In this document: piece by piece, positions 48,444-60,865 of the stretch
Layout of the letters: every line of letters begins with the position of its first letter
Numbering within the stretch: the first letter of the stretch is position 1
DNA from: Podarcis pityusensis
Lineage: Eukaryota
NCBI GenBank assembly: GCA_964106645.2
Contig: OZ067044.1
Strand: one strand, 5' to 3'
DNA: 64,000 bases
Translations under genes and position numbers: made by a program
The notes under the pieces: model-generated
What the model saw: only the letters and a program-made list of their open reading frames with translations
Database searches by the model: none
Told to the model about the DNA's origin: nothing

Positions 48444-48450
48444 TATTATT
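48411..48450. repeat. (TTA)n microsatellite
   Basis: Seen directly. Confidence 0.97.
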
Positions 48451-51400
48451 TGTCATTGATGCTGGTGACATTTTGGCAATATATCTGGGGATTGGGTGGA
48501 AGAAACTCCCATGACTATGAAGGAATGGAGGAATTAGTAAAATCAGATGTACAGAAGATTCAGGATAAATATCTGAACCAGTGGTACAACAATATAAGAA
48601 ACTGAACCTGGTGGAATACCATGACATTGTCTTCTGCTTTTAATTAACCACACTTCTGTGTTACATCCAAACTCTAAACTGTGGCTAATCTTAACTACGG
48701 TTTGTTGAAACAAGCCATATTGATGACTGAAGGTTTAAAACTGACTTCAGTTAAAATTAAATCACACAGAAGAAAATAACAAGCAAAAGCTTCTGATGTC
48801 CTTGTGTAGGAGAAGAAGTGATCCTGAAGTCTGCCTAGGCTTACGCCCACAGTTCTGCCTAAATTTCAGAATATGTGTATAACATTTACATTATTTACTT
48901 AAAAAATTATGGCCATTAACTGTTATTTGGTACCTGTTAGGTGCAAATAAAGAGTGATGCGCATATTGTGTTAATTACATGCCAGTAGAATTGGTGAAGA
49001 GCTGCACGTGTCTTCCTTCTGGTGTATTTCCCATGTGGTTCTCTGTTGCTGAACAAGTTGTGCACTCCTGCTAGAGGAAAAAGACTTAACTCCATGGTAA
49101 TACAATCCTGTGTGTGCTTAGGTGATGAAGGGGTTCTTGGCAGTAACTAAGCAATACAGGAACTGGTAACTGCACTTGATTTTCTTTTATGTTGATTCTG
49201 ATATGTGTAGTCTTTAGATCCTATTAAATTTTCTGAAAGATAAACTGCTGCAAGAGTGATTTGCCAGGCCCAATGACTCCTCTTCTTAAAACCTTGGCTC
49301 AGCCGAGTATCTTGGAAGGGAGTGGAGGGGTGGAGATAAAAGTGCTTTGACTACAAGGTTAACTGATTTCAAATAGAAGGCTCTCTCGAGTTACTGCATT
49401 CTGCACAAAATAAATACATTTTGCATATGGTTAAGATTGATAAAAAAAATATTCTGTATGCCAGTGATTGCATTCCCATCTGTGATTAAGGGTTTCTGTC
49501 TCCATCTGGTTTTCACATTATATTTCTGTAACAAGAATCTTTTATATGGCAGAGTTCATTCGCTGTATTTTCTATTAGCTGCAGCTTGAACTACTGCATG
49601 GATCACAGATTTACACATATGGCTTTAATTACTTCATACCATTGAGAAAAAGTAATATTGGTTTGGGAATGTATGTTTTTCACTATTGCCATGGTTATGC
49701 AACATGATGAGCTTTTTAATGCCACTCTTCTGGAGAAATACAAATTGTTTAAGGCTTTCTGTTTCTAAAGGGGTAGTGGGGGAGCTTTCAGTCATCCTGT
49801 TAGTTGCAAGAGTTAATATGTTAGGCACACACACACACACACACACACACATCATTTTTGTTGTCTATTATGGGGTAAAATGAATGAAATGCAGATTGCC
49901 TTACAAATGGCTGCTGTGTATCATATTATATTTAAAGGAGATGTTAATTAAACAGTATGGCACTGCATACAGTTTACAAAATGGTGGAGAAATTCCACTC
50001 ACTTAACATTGTCAGAGGTTTCTGTGAAATGAGAAATGAGTGATTCAGATTATGTACTTTCCACTCAAGATATATCAATATACTTTTAAGAGGAGGGAAA
50101 AACCTTTCTGTTTGGTACATATCATATTGTTTTGGACAATCCATCAATATGTCTCCTACAAATTCCCTTTTCCTTGCACAAATCTGTGAAATGCATGAAA
50201 TTTCTTGCTAGGTCAAACAATGAGTGTTATCAAAGGTATTAGATGCAGACATCCTAAATTAATTTGCCTCATAATCCTATAAAATAACTATAGAAAATGA
50301 CTAATGTTATAAGAAGATTATTTAAAGTATGAAAGTTGATCTTTTAGGTTTGCATAGATTGAAGAGGAAAATTTGGTAAATATCATTCACTAAGTTAAGC
50401 AAATCATTGCTGTTTCCCAACTGAGTAACAGATTTTGTAAACTGTTTTTAAACATATAAAGGATATTTTATCAAATTGAAAACTTCAACATTTGGTGAAC
50501 TTTGTCTTCAAACTGCTGGACAGGAAGCTGCCCATAATGTAGTCTCTGACAGGGTATATGCTTATTATGAAAATATGTTTACACTGGGCAAATAACATTC
50601 ACCAGTAAACAAAGGTATTGCTGCTTCAGCCCAGCAAAATGAATTTGAACTAGCACATTGGACTGCATCTCATGTGGAACCAAGAAAACACATTGCTTTA
50701 TATAGCATTAGATTTCAGGATATCAATATTTTTATTCTCCTCTATCCTGAAGTCCCAGGGCAGAATACTATCATGCCTTCCAGGCCCATCTTTATTTTTA
50801 GCTACGGTATATTTATTTACTGACTGTCATCTCTGATCTAATTCACTAGACACTGATGTTTTATGGAATATATTTAGGCTGTATTTTTTTTCTTCAAATG
50901 AGCACATGCTTTTGCATGTTTAGGATCTGCTTGGTGCAAGTTTGTATGTTTATTTATTTAGGCTGCCCCATATCTGAAATACTTTTGCATTATAAGAAAC
51001 ACATGTAAGATTGACTTAATGTGTGAGATACACACATTTTTTGAATTTAAAACTGGGTGAGAATTTGACTTCTAAACCTGAAAGGGAAAGAATAAGAGTT
51101 ACTCGGGCCTAGAGTCAGCATGGGCAACTGTCAGGGCCCACTGTTGATGCCTTCCTTCCATAAGAAGACCTCTGCTAGATTAGACAAAGACCCATCTCGT
51201 CCAATACTCTGTTCTCACATGGCCACCTAGATGCCCCTGGGAAGCTTATATGCCTGGGTTCCCCTTTATCATTTTGATTTCCCTCAAGGCTCAGGAGCTA
51301 TGCTTTGTTGGGGCATGATGGGGGATTTAACGGCTCCCAGCTGCCTGGTGCTTCTTCAGAGTGCTGTGGATGCTTCTTGCTGCTGTTACTGCCACCTCCA

Positions 51401-51649
51401 GACCAGCCTGCCATGGTGGTGGATTGTACTTCGCTGAGGTTGCCTTCAGACTGAAGGCTTCCTCTGGCATTCCCTATGTGTCTACCTAATGGGCTGTATC
51501 CAACTAAGTCCCCTGCTCAGTGCCTGAGGGCCCCTGTGCTGCCACTCAACACCTGGCCTAGGGTGGGGTCTGATGGGCTCTATAAAGAGCTGCTGCCGCT
51601 GCTGCCACTGGGCAGAGAGGACTCTGGGGTTTTTTGTTTTTGTTTTTTG

Positions 51650-51893
51650 TTTAAACTGCTATTATTTTTTACCTATGTCATTTTAAACTGTGATATTAAT
51701 GCTGTATTCTTAGTTTTAGATTTTGATTTATGTGGAAATTGTTTCCCGTTTGGTTGTGTATTTTTTTGAAGTGGTTTATTTATTGTTTATGACTTTTGTA
51801 ATTATGTAAATCTTGTTATGCTGTAAGCCGCCTTGAGCATTGTTTTTTAACTGTGGAAAGGCGGCATACAAATACAAAATGATGATGGTGATA
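51650..51893 (+). mobile_element. L2 3' UTR / tail
   Basis: T-rich UTR then TGTAAGCCGCCTTGAGC..GGAAAGGCGGCATACAAAT..(GAT)n, a typical L2 3' stem-loop and tail. Confidence 0.7.
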
Positions 51894-51906
51894 AGTCAGT
51901 GTAGAC

Positions 51907-52161
51907 CATGGGTAGGCAAATTAAGGCCGGGGGGCTGAATCCGGCCCAATTGCCTTCTAAATCTGGCCCGCAGACAGTCTAGGAATCAGCGTGTTTTTAC
52001 ACGAGCAGAATGTGTGCTTTTATTTAAAATGCATCTCTGGGTTATTTGCGGAGCATAGGTATTTGTTCATCTTTATTTTCCCCCCAAAATATAGTCCGGC
52101 CCCCCACAAGGTCTGAGGGAAAGTGGACCGGTCCCCTGCTGAAAAAGTTTGCTGACCCCTG
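51907..52161 (+). mobile_element. Full-length OC1/Charlie-like hAT MITE with 8-bp TSD
   Basis: TSD GTGTAGAC (51899-51906) / GTGTAGAT (52162-52169). Ends CATGGGTAGGCAAA...TTTGCTGACCCCTG. Subterminal TATAGTCCGGCCC..GGTCTGAGGGA resembles OC1. Confidence 0.88.
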
Positions 52162-52249
52162 GTGTAGATCCACTTATGGTTATGTAACTTTACACATACT
52201 TAACTTAAGCCCATTGGTTTCAGTATGCCTATTTTAGTTATAATGTAGT

Positions 52250-52437
52250 TATAGAATCACAGAATTGTAGAATTGGAAGGTATCCCAAGGGTCTTCTGGT
52301 CCAACCCCCTGCATTGCAGAAATCTCATCTAAAGCATCCATGACAGAGGGCCATCCGAGTTCTGCTTAAAAACTCCCAAGGAAGTAGAGTGCACAACCTC
52401 CAGAGGGAGAATGTTCCTCTGTCAAACAGCTTTTACA
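52250..52437 (-). mobile_element. CR1 LINE 3' end
   Basis: ATAGAATCACAGAATTGTAGAATTGGAAGG..GTCCAACCCCCTGC..CTGCTTAAAAACTCCCAAGGAAG is the reverse complement of the CR1 3' UTR with an ATTCTATG-type end. Confidence 0.85.
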
Positions 52438-52466
52438 AATAGTTGGATGCAGTCTATTTCTTAGAC

Positions 52467-52598
52467 CAGGAGTGGAGAACGTTCAGCCCTCCAGATGTTG
52501 CTTGAACTACAGTTCCCATCATCCCTGGCCATGCTTGCCAGAGCCAACGGGAGTTGTAGTTCAGCAACAGCTGGAGGGCCATAGCTTCCCCACTCCTG
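52467..52598. mobile_element. Palindromic hAT MITE
   Basis: CAGGAGTGG...CCACTCCTG TIRs. Internal CCCTCCAGATGTTGCTTGAACTAC / GTAGTTCAGCAACAGCTGGAGGG. Confidence 0.85.
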
Positions 52599-53319
52599 GG
52601 TTAGAATGAATGCACAATGCAGTGGGAAGTGTCTACTGAAAAGGAATAATTCCGCTGTGCTGCTGCATTGGAAGGGGTTAAATAATTCCATCAGGCCTGA
52701 TAAAGAGACCCAGCATCATTGCCCTCCCTCAGCAGATGCTGTCTGGTAGGAGGAAAGTGAAGAGGAGGAATTCGTGTAATAATGCAGCCTTTTCTTTCTG
52801 ATGGGTGCTTTATTTTCCCTGGCATATTAAGGGTGCCCTGGCACACACTTCAGAATTCCTTGGCTATGGTATGCAAACCATGTTGAAGTAAATGGGATAT
52901 TAGTACAGCAGCTCTTTGGAAACAGTTGCAGCTACAGAGATGGGCAGTATAATATTTTCAAAGTGGTTTAGAGCATTCAACTAGATTAATTCAGTAGATG
53001 TTAATGGGAATATGTTTTATTGTATTTATTTATTATCGTAATAATCAGAAGATCCGTGGGTTGGGGGGGTGTTACAGCAATATAAAATGCAGCACTAACA
53101 ACAGTTGAAAACTATGTCTTGATGTGATTCATTTTATTTTAATCATGCTTCTTGAATGTGAGCACGAGGAGAAGTTTAAAAATATTTATGAATAAATAAA
53201 TAATAGCATTATTGACCCAGGACTGGGTATGCTTCTTTTTAGTAGTTTGTGAATCCTGGGAGTTATTGGTAAAAATTCTGACCTTATATAAAACAGCAGG
53301 AGGTAATATATGAGGGGGG

Positions 53320-53490
53320 GTAATACCATAGCTCAGTGGTAAAGAACAAGTTTGTATGCAGAAGGTTTGATGCCTGACTTCTTTAGTTAAAAATATTAGA
53401 TAGTAGCCATAAGAACGATCTCTTCCTGATACTCTGGAGAGCCTGATGGAAATATAATCTGACCTGATACAAGTTACTTTCCTATGAACA
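53320..53490 (+). mobile_element. Squam2-like SINE, degenerate
   Basis: CATAGCTCAGTGGTAAAGA..TTTGTATGCAGAAGGT..CTGGAGAGC..TTTCCTATG. Confidence 0.6.
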
Positions 53491-53762
53491 ATTGACCCAG
53501 TTAAGTTTTGATGTTTGACTTGTTTGTAATTCACAGTATATGCATTAGTTTCCCTCCTTCCCTCTGGGAATAATATTTTTTTTAAAAAGAATTGGTTTTA
53601 AAATGCAATAATAAAGAAGTTACTTTAGGATTATAGTTACTACTTCTGTTACATATATAGATAGATATAGATATAGATAGATAGCATGTCAATAAAGGGG
53701 CTTTGTGCTTCAAACTGGCTGTGATATGTGCGTGTTTTTTTTCCTTTTGTTGTTGTCAATAG

Positions 53763-53845
53763 AAAAGATTGATCTCTGGGCTGGTGAACGTAATATCTGT
53801 CCCAGTCAGAAAAGGAGAGGAAATTAGCAGGACGATTGGTGGAGA
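53763..53845 (+). other. RUNX1T1: 5'-UTR part of RUNX1T1 MTG8b-type exon (exon 1b)
   Basis: Pyrimidine tract + CAATAG| acceptor at 53762. In-frame TAG at 53825 upstream of the ATG. Confidence 0.8.
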
Positions 53846-53933
53846 ATGATATCTGTCAAAAGAAACACTTGGAGAGCACTGAGTTTAGTAATAGGTGACT
53901 GCCGGAAAAAAGGGAACTTTGAATTTTGCCAAG
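53846..53933 (+). CDS. RUNX1T1: RUNX1T1 (ETO/MTG8/CBFA2T1) first coding exon of MTG8b isoform; CDS continues beyond window
   Basis: Translates MISVKRNTWRALSLVIGDCRKKGNFEFCQ + G|GTAAGG (88 nt, phase 1). The human MTG8b N-terminus as recalled is MISVKRNTWRALSLVIGDCRKKGNFEYCQ-D (28/29 identical). Confidence 0.96.
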
Positions 53934-55429
53934 GTAAGGAACAGATTTGTAATTAACATGCTATTTATGAGAAAGAAATTAATTTGATTTATTGTGCCTT
54001 GTCCCTCTGTAACTGTGCTTTCAATCTTCTCCTTGTTATTCCATGTGCTTCCCATCCCTCCCTTGGAATCTAACCTTGTAGGGCTTTCAGATTTTGGATG
54101 GTTATGCATGAAGAACTTGTGGAGAGATGCCCTATTCATATTTATCTCAAAGCATGAAATGCCTAATTTGAGAGGAAGGGAGTAGATTTGTAACACACAA
54201 ACACACACCCTTCCTGCTCCACCTCCTACCCATCTTACAGCCACATTTTGGATGTAAAAAATGAAATGTTGTCTGTTTTCATACAATATAATGTGCATAG
54301 GCCCAGTGGGTAGGAATCCCACCCTCTCTCTCCTTTCTGATTTTGTAGCATCACAGTTGAGAGGCTACCATCATGGGTTGAACTGTGACATTGGTCCCAT
54401 TGGTACAGAGGAAGGAAGGAAGGGAAGCAATATGCAATTCTTAGCGGAAAAGGTGGATTTTGAAGAGGGATTTGAAAGAAGTAAGGCACAGGGTGTTCTG
54501 CGATGTGGTTCTAAGCCTGTGGGGTAGCAAGGAAGAAAGGTCTTTAGAGAAGCAGGAGACAGTTGGCACAACCCTCAGCATAGACTTTATTGCCAACACT
54601 ACAAAGATCCAACATTGCAAAAGCAGGCACCTGCTTACACTGTGGGGGTCCTCTACCTTCTATCTCCCCTGTTGTCCACCCTCCCTCCCACACTCACAAT
54701 ATGCTCCTGGAAGACCCATTGGAACATTTATTGGGTGTGTGCAAGAAAGTCCCATTTCACAAGTGAGTGGACATCATTGAATGCCATTCAGGGTAAATAC
54801 AGAGGTGGGGCAGGTACAGCTGAGAGAGGCTGCAAGATAAGGTGCCCCAATCCCATTGCATATATAGATTTGGCAAGCTTTGAGGTACATATGAGTAGTT
54901 ATTTAATACTTATGTCACAGTCCACTTACCCAGAAACAAATCTAATGAGACCAATGCAGATTAAGAGGCTTAAGGACTGTGGGTCTATGTCCACTTTGCA
55001 TTTAAGGCTGTTGGTGTGGAGGGTTGGATGATGTTCCTGACAGTATTACAGTATGTGGGTTTATGTGAATGACTGAATATTTCAAGTGAGTCGAAAGGTT
55101 AACTATATTTCGAACCTATGTTTTGATCTATACTTACGTGTGTATATAAAGTACAAAGGGTATGTCCATTACAGATGAAAGCCGCAATAGATTCAAATAT
55201 TTTTGGAGGCAGTCCATGAAAAACTGTAGCTATTTCCTGCCATTCTGATCTCTTCAAGCTATGAACACTATATTTGCTTGTAGCTCTGCCCAGAGTCATT
55301 TTTCATGCCTATTTCATATGGGAGCAGCTGTTACTAACACTTCAGCTTACTGGAAGTTTCACCATCTTACTGGAATGCTTTTCAGTTCCCTTGAAACTCC
55401 CACAGATGGTTCACCTAATGGGACCTTGT

Positions 55430-55580
55430 TGCATGTTAGGAACTGTAGGAAACTTACACCCAATCTAACTCAGTATTGTTGGCACTGATTGACAGTGGTT
55501 CCAGAAAGAGAATATTTCCCAGCCCTACCCGGAGATGCTGGGGACTAAATCTGTGACCTGTGTTCCACCAATGAGCTGTG
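55430..55580 (-). mobile_element. Squam2-like SINE, degenerate
   Basis: CCCAATCTAACTCAGTATTG..CACTGATTGACAG..CCCAGCCCTACCCGGAGATGCTGGGGACT. Confidence 0.6.
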
Positions 55581-56726
55581 ATTCTTTTCCAAAGTTCATA
55601 ATCTGCCTCTTCGTTCCATCAAGGTATTTAAAAATACCTAGCAGATGGCGGTCATTTTTCATTTTTAGAACGTGTCCTAGCAAACTAGTGCAGCCTTCAG
55701 AAAGGCCTGAGAACTTTGAGAACATCTGGTACAGCCCTTTGTGTTTCATGACTCAACCAGACCTGCTGTAAGAAAGTGCTCTTTAAAGTCCCATTTACTT
55801 CCGTGGGAGTGTTAAGCACATGCTTTACTTTTTTCCACCATAATAAATGTGTTTTAAATGAGTACCTCTCATTGGATTATAATAGGTAGTAGATCACTAA
55901 GTTCTGAAAGACAGACCAATAAAATCTGAATCCTAAAAGCATCTGCTGATTTCTAAGCATGTGCATTCAGTGTCCAGGTTGAAAATTTGGCCACCGATCT
56001 TGAACTGAATTGAAATTTTGTCAAGCAAATTAAGAGGCAGTGCTGTCAGGCACTTTCTGGAGCCCTAATAGCTGCATTTGGGGGGGGGGGGGAGTCATGT
56101 GATAACAATGCATGCAGCAACCTTCTTCCAAGTTCAGTGGAATAGATCCTTTGCGTTTTTAAAAAAGTTGCCCTTTCAAACAGTATGGTTAAGGGTCAGA
56201 TTTTATCTGCTTGCTAATGAAAAACAGACACAAAGCTAGACTGAAATGTCAGTGTTTCCTCCTACCCCAGCATGAGAGATACCAGTATGTAGCAAAGTTA
56301 AATAAGGTGGTCTGTCGATGGTCAAAAAAGTTTTTCTTCTATTTGTTACCAAAGATTGCCATTGGTAAAATACAGGCAGTTGCCACTAATACTGACCTAC
56401 TGCTCCCAGCACATGTGACTGCAGTCATAAATATCAGTAATAATGCCTTGGGTTGGAAATGGGAAAGGCTTCCACATCTGCTTGTCTGAAGATGACAATA
56501 ACAAGCAGCCTATATTTGAAGGACCAGGAAGAACTAGGGTAGAATCACCACCCAACCATGAAGCTCACTAGTTGACCTTGGGCTCAGCGTTCAAACTCCC
56601 ACCTACCTTACATTGCCCTGAGCACTTTGAGGGAGGGCCATTTACAAATGTAATAATAACTAATTCGCAAAATAAGAGGAAGGTGTAAAATACCAGTATA
56701 GGCTGTATTATAATAATGGTGCTTTG

Positions 56727-56858
56727 CAGTGTTATTTTTCTAGAAAAAGGGGTGGCGGAACTCACCACAAACACCTCCCTCATTCTCTTAGAATGGCAAT
56801 GGCACCCATCTGAGAGGTGCTGGAGTTCCAGTGAGTTCTGGCTGGGAAAAAAGCCATG
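56727..56858. mobile_element. hAT MITE
   Basis: CAGTGTTATTTTTC...AAAAAAGCCATG ends, degenerate TSD GTGCTTTG/GTGCTTCA. Homologous to 61865-61999. Confidence 0.8.
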
Positions 56859-59589
56859 GTGCTTCATATTAATTACCCGAGTGTCTTGTTTACTACATTT
56901 GTTAGCTGCCTTTCCTCCAAAAAAACACAAGGTGGTGTACATGGTTCTCGCCGGCTTTCAGCATCACGCCAACCCTGTGAGGTATCTTAAGCTGATAGGC
57001 AGTGTTTGGCCAAGGTCAACAAGTGAGCTTCATGGGTGTGTGGAGATTTGAACATGGCTGCCTCTGGTTCTAGTTCAGTCCTCTAACAGCTACAATGCAT
57101 TGGCTTTCATTGGTACATAAATACATTAAATCAAATATGGATCAGACAGATTTAGTATCCAAAAGCTGTAATTTGCAGAGCTGCAAACTACCTAAACATA
57201 CTGGCAAATTTGTTAGGAAGGGAAATAAATACATCTGCAAGATATCCAAAATAGGACCCAAAATGCAATCAGCCAGGCAGCCATAGTTGAGTTGTGGCAT
57301 ATGCTAATAGGCGTATGGAATTCTAATTACACAGCAAGAAACAGGGAATATGCCCCTAGAGGGAGAGAGTATCTCCATCCTGCCAATTTGCTCACTTCTA
57401 CACCTTCCCTTCCATAATGTGGAGTAAGGTGAAAATATGTTAAGTGAGCTAGGACCTGAGAGACAAAGTTTAGAAGCCTCAGCGTCACCTTGGGTCAGTG
57501 ATTGTCTCTCATCCTAATCTACCTCACAGGGTTGTTGAGGATAATGGTGGAGGGACGAAAGTGCAGTTATTAATCCCCCATCATTTCTTTAACAAAGTGA
57601 AGCTTTCCTAATCTTAACAGTCAGATTACCGGTAACCAAAATATAAGGCATCCATTTGCTAGAATGCATTAAGATAATATTTAGAAAGCAACCAGCCCTC
57701 TCCCACAAAAATTTAATTCTTCCTTACCTTAAAACATTATTCTGAGAGCCAGCCCACATAGAAGGGGCTTACAGTGCTTTATTTAGTTAGCACCTATGGT
57801 AAATAAATACCAGTTGCTTCTTGGTGTATCTATGATATCATCCAGCCCTTCTTTGATCTGACATCCAGTTGCGCACACTGAAAAAGGTTCAGTGTTAATC
57901 CTATGCAAAGAAAATTCACCATGTTTACTGCCCATAGGAGTCTTTGGAAATTATATCTGTTCTGACTACTGGAGGTAATAATCTCCCCTTTGTTTTCTGA
58001 GCTTTAAAGCAGATGCTGTCCCCATACTTTTGTTGAGTTTAGTGTACATTCCTAGATTCCTTTTCCTTAAGCCTTGATTCCTTACTTCTTCTGTTATCAA
58101 GGAGTCATTTCTTTGTTGTGTGACTACTGTTGAAAGATTGTTTATCCATAAGAGACATTTAAGGGTATTTTGGGGTGTTTAGATATGGAATTGTCATCAG
58201 CTCTCCTATAGCTAGAATTCTCTCCCCCCAGTCATGTGAGAAATGATTGTGGCTTTCTGGCATTATGTTAATTGTTGGTGTGAGTTACATTAATGAATCA
58301 CGAAAAAATAAACATGCAGGTTATTTTGCATGTTGAAAGAAAAGCAGTATTTTTAGGGTAGTTCACACACTATACATTCAACCCTGCTGAAGCTCAACAC
58401 TTTTAAATGCAATAGATTTCCATGGGAGAGATATATGGGTACATAGGTGTTTGACTCCACACTGAAACCAGTGGGACTTAAAAGCACTTAACTTTGGCAA
58501 CATGTTTATCTCTGTTCAGTGTTTCTTGGGTGTATGAATCTCCCTCATCTCTTTTCTTCCTCATTCCTTCCCTGATTCCCCTGACCATATATTCAGTCTG
58601 AAGAAGAAGAAAAAACTACTGCAAACTAGTCTGCACAGTTCAGCTGAAATGGTAGACAAGCCTTCTTCAACCTAGTACCATCTTGATAGTTTGGACTCTG
58701 TCTGTCTTCAGTCTGGCCTGTGGTCAGGGCTGATGGGAGTTGTAGCATACAAGGCTGGCAAATGCTGTGATAGACTATGGATTAACAAGAACCAGTAGTC
58801 CATGAAAGAACTGGAGTGTGCAGGGGCAGTAACAAGAAGGGAGCTTATAAGCCCACGGCTTGTCCATGTAACAACAAACCATGGTTTGGTGTTACATCTG
58901 AACTGAATCATATTGTGCATACTCCCTGTTGGTGTGCTCTTTGTTTATTTCAGGTGCATCCCACTATTATTTTTGGAAGCTCCGAGTTTGGATAGCATTG
59001 TGTTGAAGTATTGAACAGTTTAACATCAAAAATATAAAAGCATTTTAGAGACATTTGTCTAATTAACAGCTACAGGAATGTATAGAAAATTAGAAGTTCT
59101 GTGCACAATTGATTTTTGGCTCACAAAGAACACATTTTGTCTGAGTAAGCCAGGTTGATTTGGAACAATTAAGAGAGGTGACCATTCTGTTCAGTTTCCT
59201 GTTTGAGCCTATAAGAAAATGCTAGGCAGGATTCCAGATTTAGAAAAACAACAAAATAGTATAAAGACGATGTAAAATGTAGGTGAAATTGCAGAGGAAG
59301 AAAATAATTCCATTTGGGAAGCAATTACCTTGGAAAGGGCAAAGGAGAGTCAATAAAAAACTGGAAAAGTTTTCACTATCTGTTACTCTGTTATAACAAA
59401 TCTTGAATTTACTTTGACCTCTTAATTGCTTTAGAGTTTAAAGTAAGTTAAAAGAGTATCAACAATCTCTTTAAACATATCCCCTTACAGGAATTAACTT
59501 GAGCTTCTTCCATGCACGTGTCCAATGTGTGGAAGGGACAGCTGAACCAGGAAGGAGTTGCAAAATCTGCTAGCACACCCTTGAATATT

Positions 59590-59990
59590 TTTTAAATTTA
59601 TTTTCATTAAATTTGTATACCACCCATCATCCTCACATCTCAGGGTGGTTCACAACATAAAAATACAATATAAAAGGGGAAAAAACAAACAAAAAACCCA
59701 TAAGCCATTAATCCCTCCCCACACCCTCCCTAGAACACATTTTAAGGGGGTTGTTGTTGTTTAGTCATTTAGTTGTGTCCGACTCTTCGTGACCCCATGG
59801 ACCAGAGCATGCCAGGCACTCCTGTCTTCCACTGCCTCCCACAGTTTGGTCAAACTCATTTTTAAGGGGGGGGGTATAAGATGTTAATTAGCCAAAGGCC
59901 TGGTTGAAGAGGAATGTTTTTGCCTGGTGCCTAAAGGTGCACAATGAAGGTATCAGCCAAACCTCATTAAGAGGAGCATCCCACAAATTC
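59590..59990 (-). mobile_element. L2 3' fragment (same family as 1-354), interrupted by BovB
   Basis: CTCAGGGTGGTTCACAACATAAAAATACA..CCAAAGGCCTGGTTGAAGAGGAA..CCTGGTGCCTAAAG..AATGAAGGT is shared with the window start. Confidence 0.85.
59751..59859 (-). mobile_element. BovB (RTE) LINE 3' end, 5'-truncated, with 11-bp TSD
   Basis: Minus strand ATGAGTTTGACCAAACTGTGGGAGGCAGTGGAAGACAGGAGTGCCTGGCATGCTCTGGTCCATGGGGTCACGAAGAGTCGGACACAACTAAATGACTAAAC(AAC)n. TSD TTTTAAGGGGG at 59740-59750 and 59860-59870. Confidence 0.92.
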
Positions 59991-60129
59991 TACAAATACT
60001 GATTGATGCCCCTGCTGACTATCCCCCTGGTGGCCCTGTGGTTTGCCATCATTCTTAGAGTGTCTCCACACAAATGGGATCCACATGGCTAGTGGGTGTG
60101 ATCCTAAAAATAAGAACACAAAGCCAATG

Positions 60130-60380
60130 GCTTATCTACTCCACATCACAATGGCCAAAAAGATGCCTATGGGAAGCCCACAAGTGGAGCCTTAATGTGA
60201 TAGTACTCTTCTCACTTGTGGTTTCCAGCCAGTGGTATTCAAAGGCATGCTGCTTCCCACAGTGGAGGTCAAATACAGCCATTGTAGCTAGCAGCCAGTG
60301 ATAGCCTTAACGTCCATGCATTTCTCTAATCTTCTTTTAAAGTCATCCAAGCTGGTGGCTATCCCTACCTCTTGTGGCAG
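60130..60380 (-). mobile_element. CR1 3' fragment, old
   Basis: GATGCCTATGGGAAGCCCACAAG..TCCATGCATTTCTCTAATCTTCTTTTAAAGTCATCCAAGCTGGTGGC..TCTTGTGGCAG. Confidence 0.65.
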
Positions 60381-60828
60381 CTGATGTGGCACAAGCAGAT
60401 GCTTCTGAATAGCAAACTACAACATACATTAATTGCATGGTTGCAATTAAAAACCAGTAGCTGTGGGGGAGATCAGAATTGGGACCATGAGGAGGGGGGC
60501 TTAAACTTCCTTTCCAACTAAAATAGCCTCCGCTAAACTATTTGTCCCAGGAAGAAAACTGCTAGTAGTTGGTGGTGGTGGGTTTTTGTTGTTGGGACAA
60601 TGATGGAACGATGGAAGGAGAGCTTAAATACAGCTCGCTGCAACCCCAATCATTTGCTTCAGTCATGCATTTAATGTGGCTCTTGGTTTCTCTCTTTGAG
60701 GCTGTGAATTTGTTCCTTCTGTTATCAACATTGTTGTGGGCAAGGAAGCCCAGACATTGTTAGCAACAGTTGCTTATTATTATGTACAATCTCTCCCAGG
60801 ATGTTGTGTGACTGCAGTGGTCTATCCA

Positions 60829-60865
60829 AAAATAAATAAATAAAATAAAATAAAATAAAATAAAA
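60829..60865. repeat. (AAAT)/(AAAAT)n microsatellite
   Basis: Seen directly. Confidence 0.95.

Noticed and set aside
53885-54322. 145-aa minus-strand ORF overlapping the RUNX1T1 exon
   Set aside because: No recognisable homology. The true coding signal is the + strand exon.
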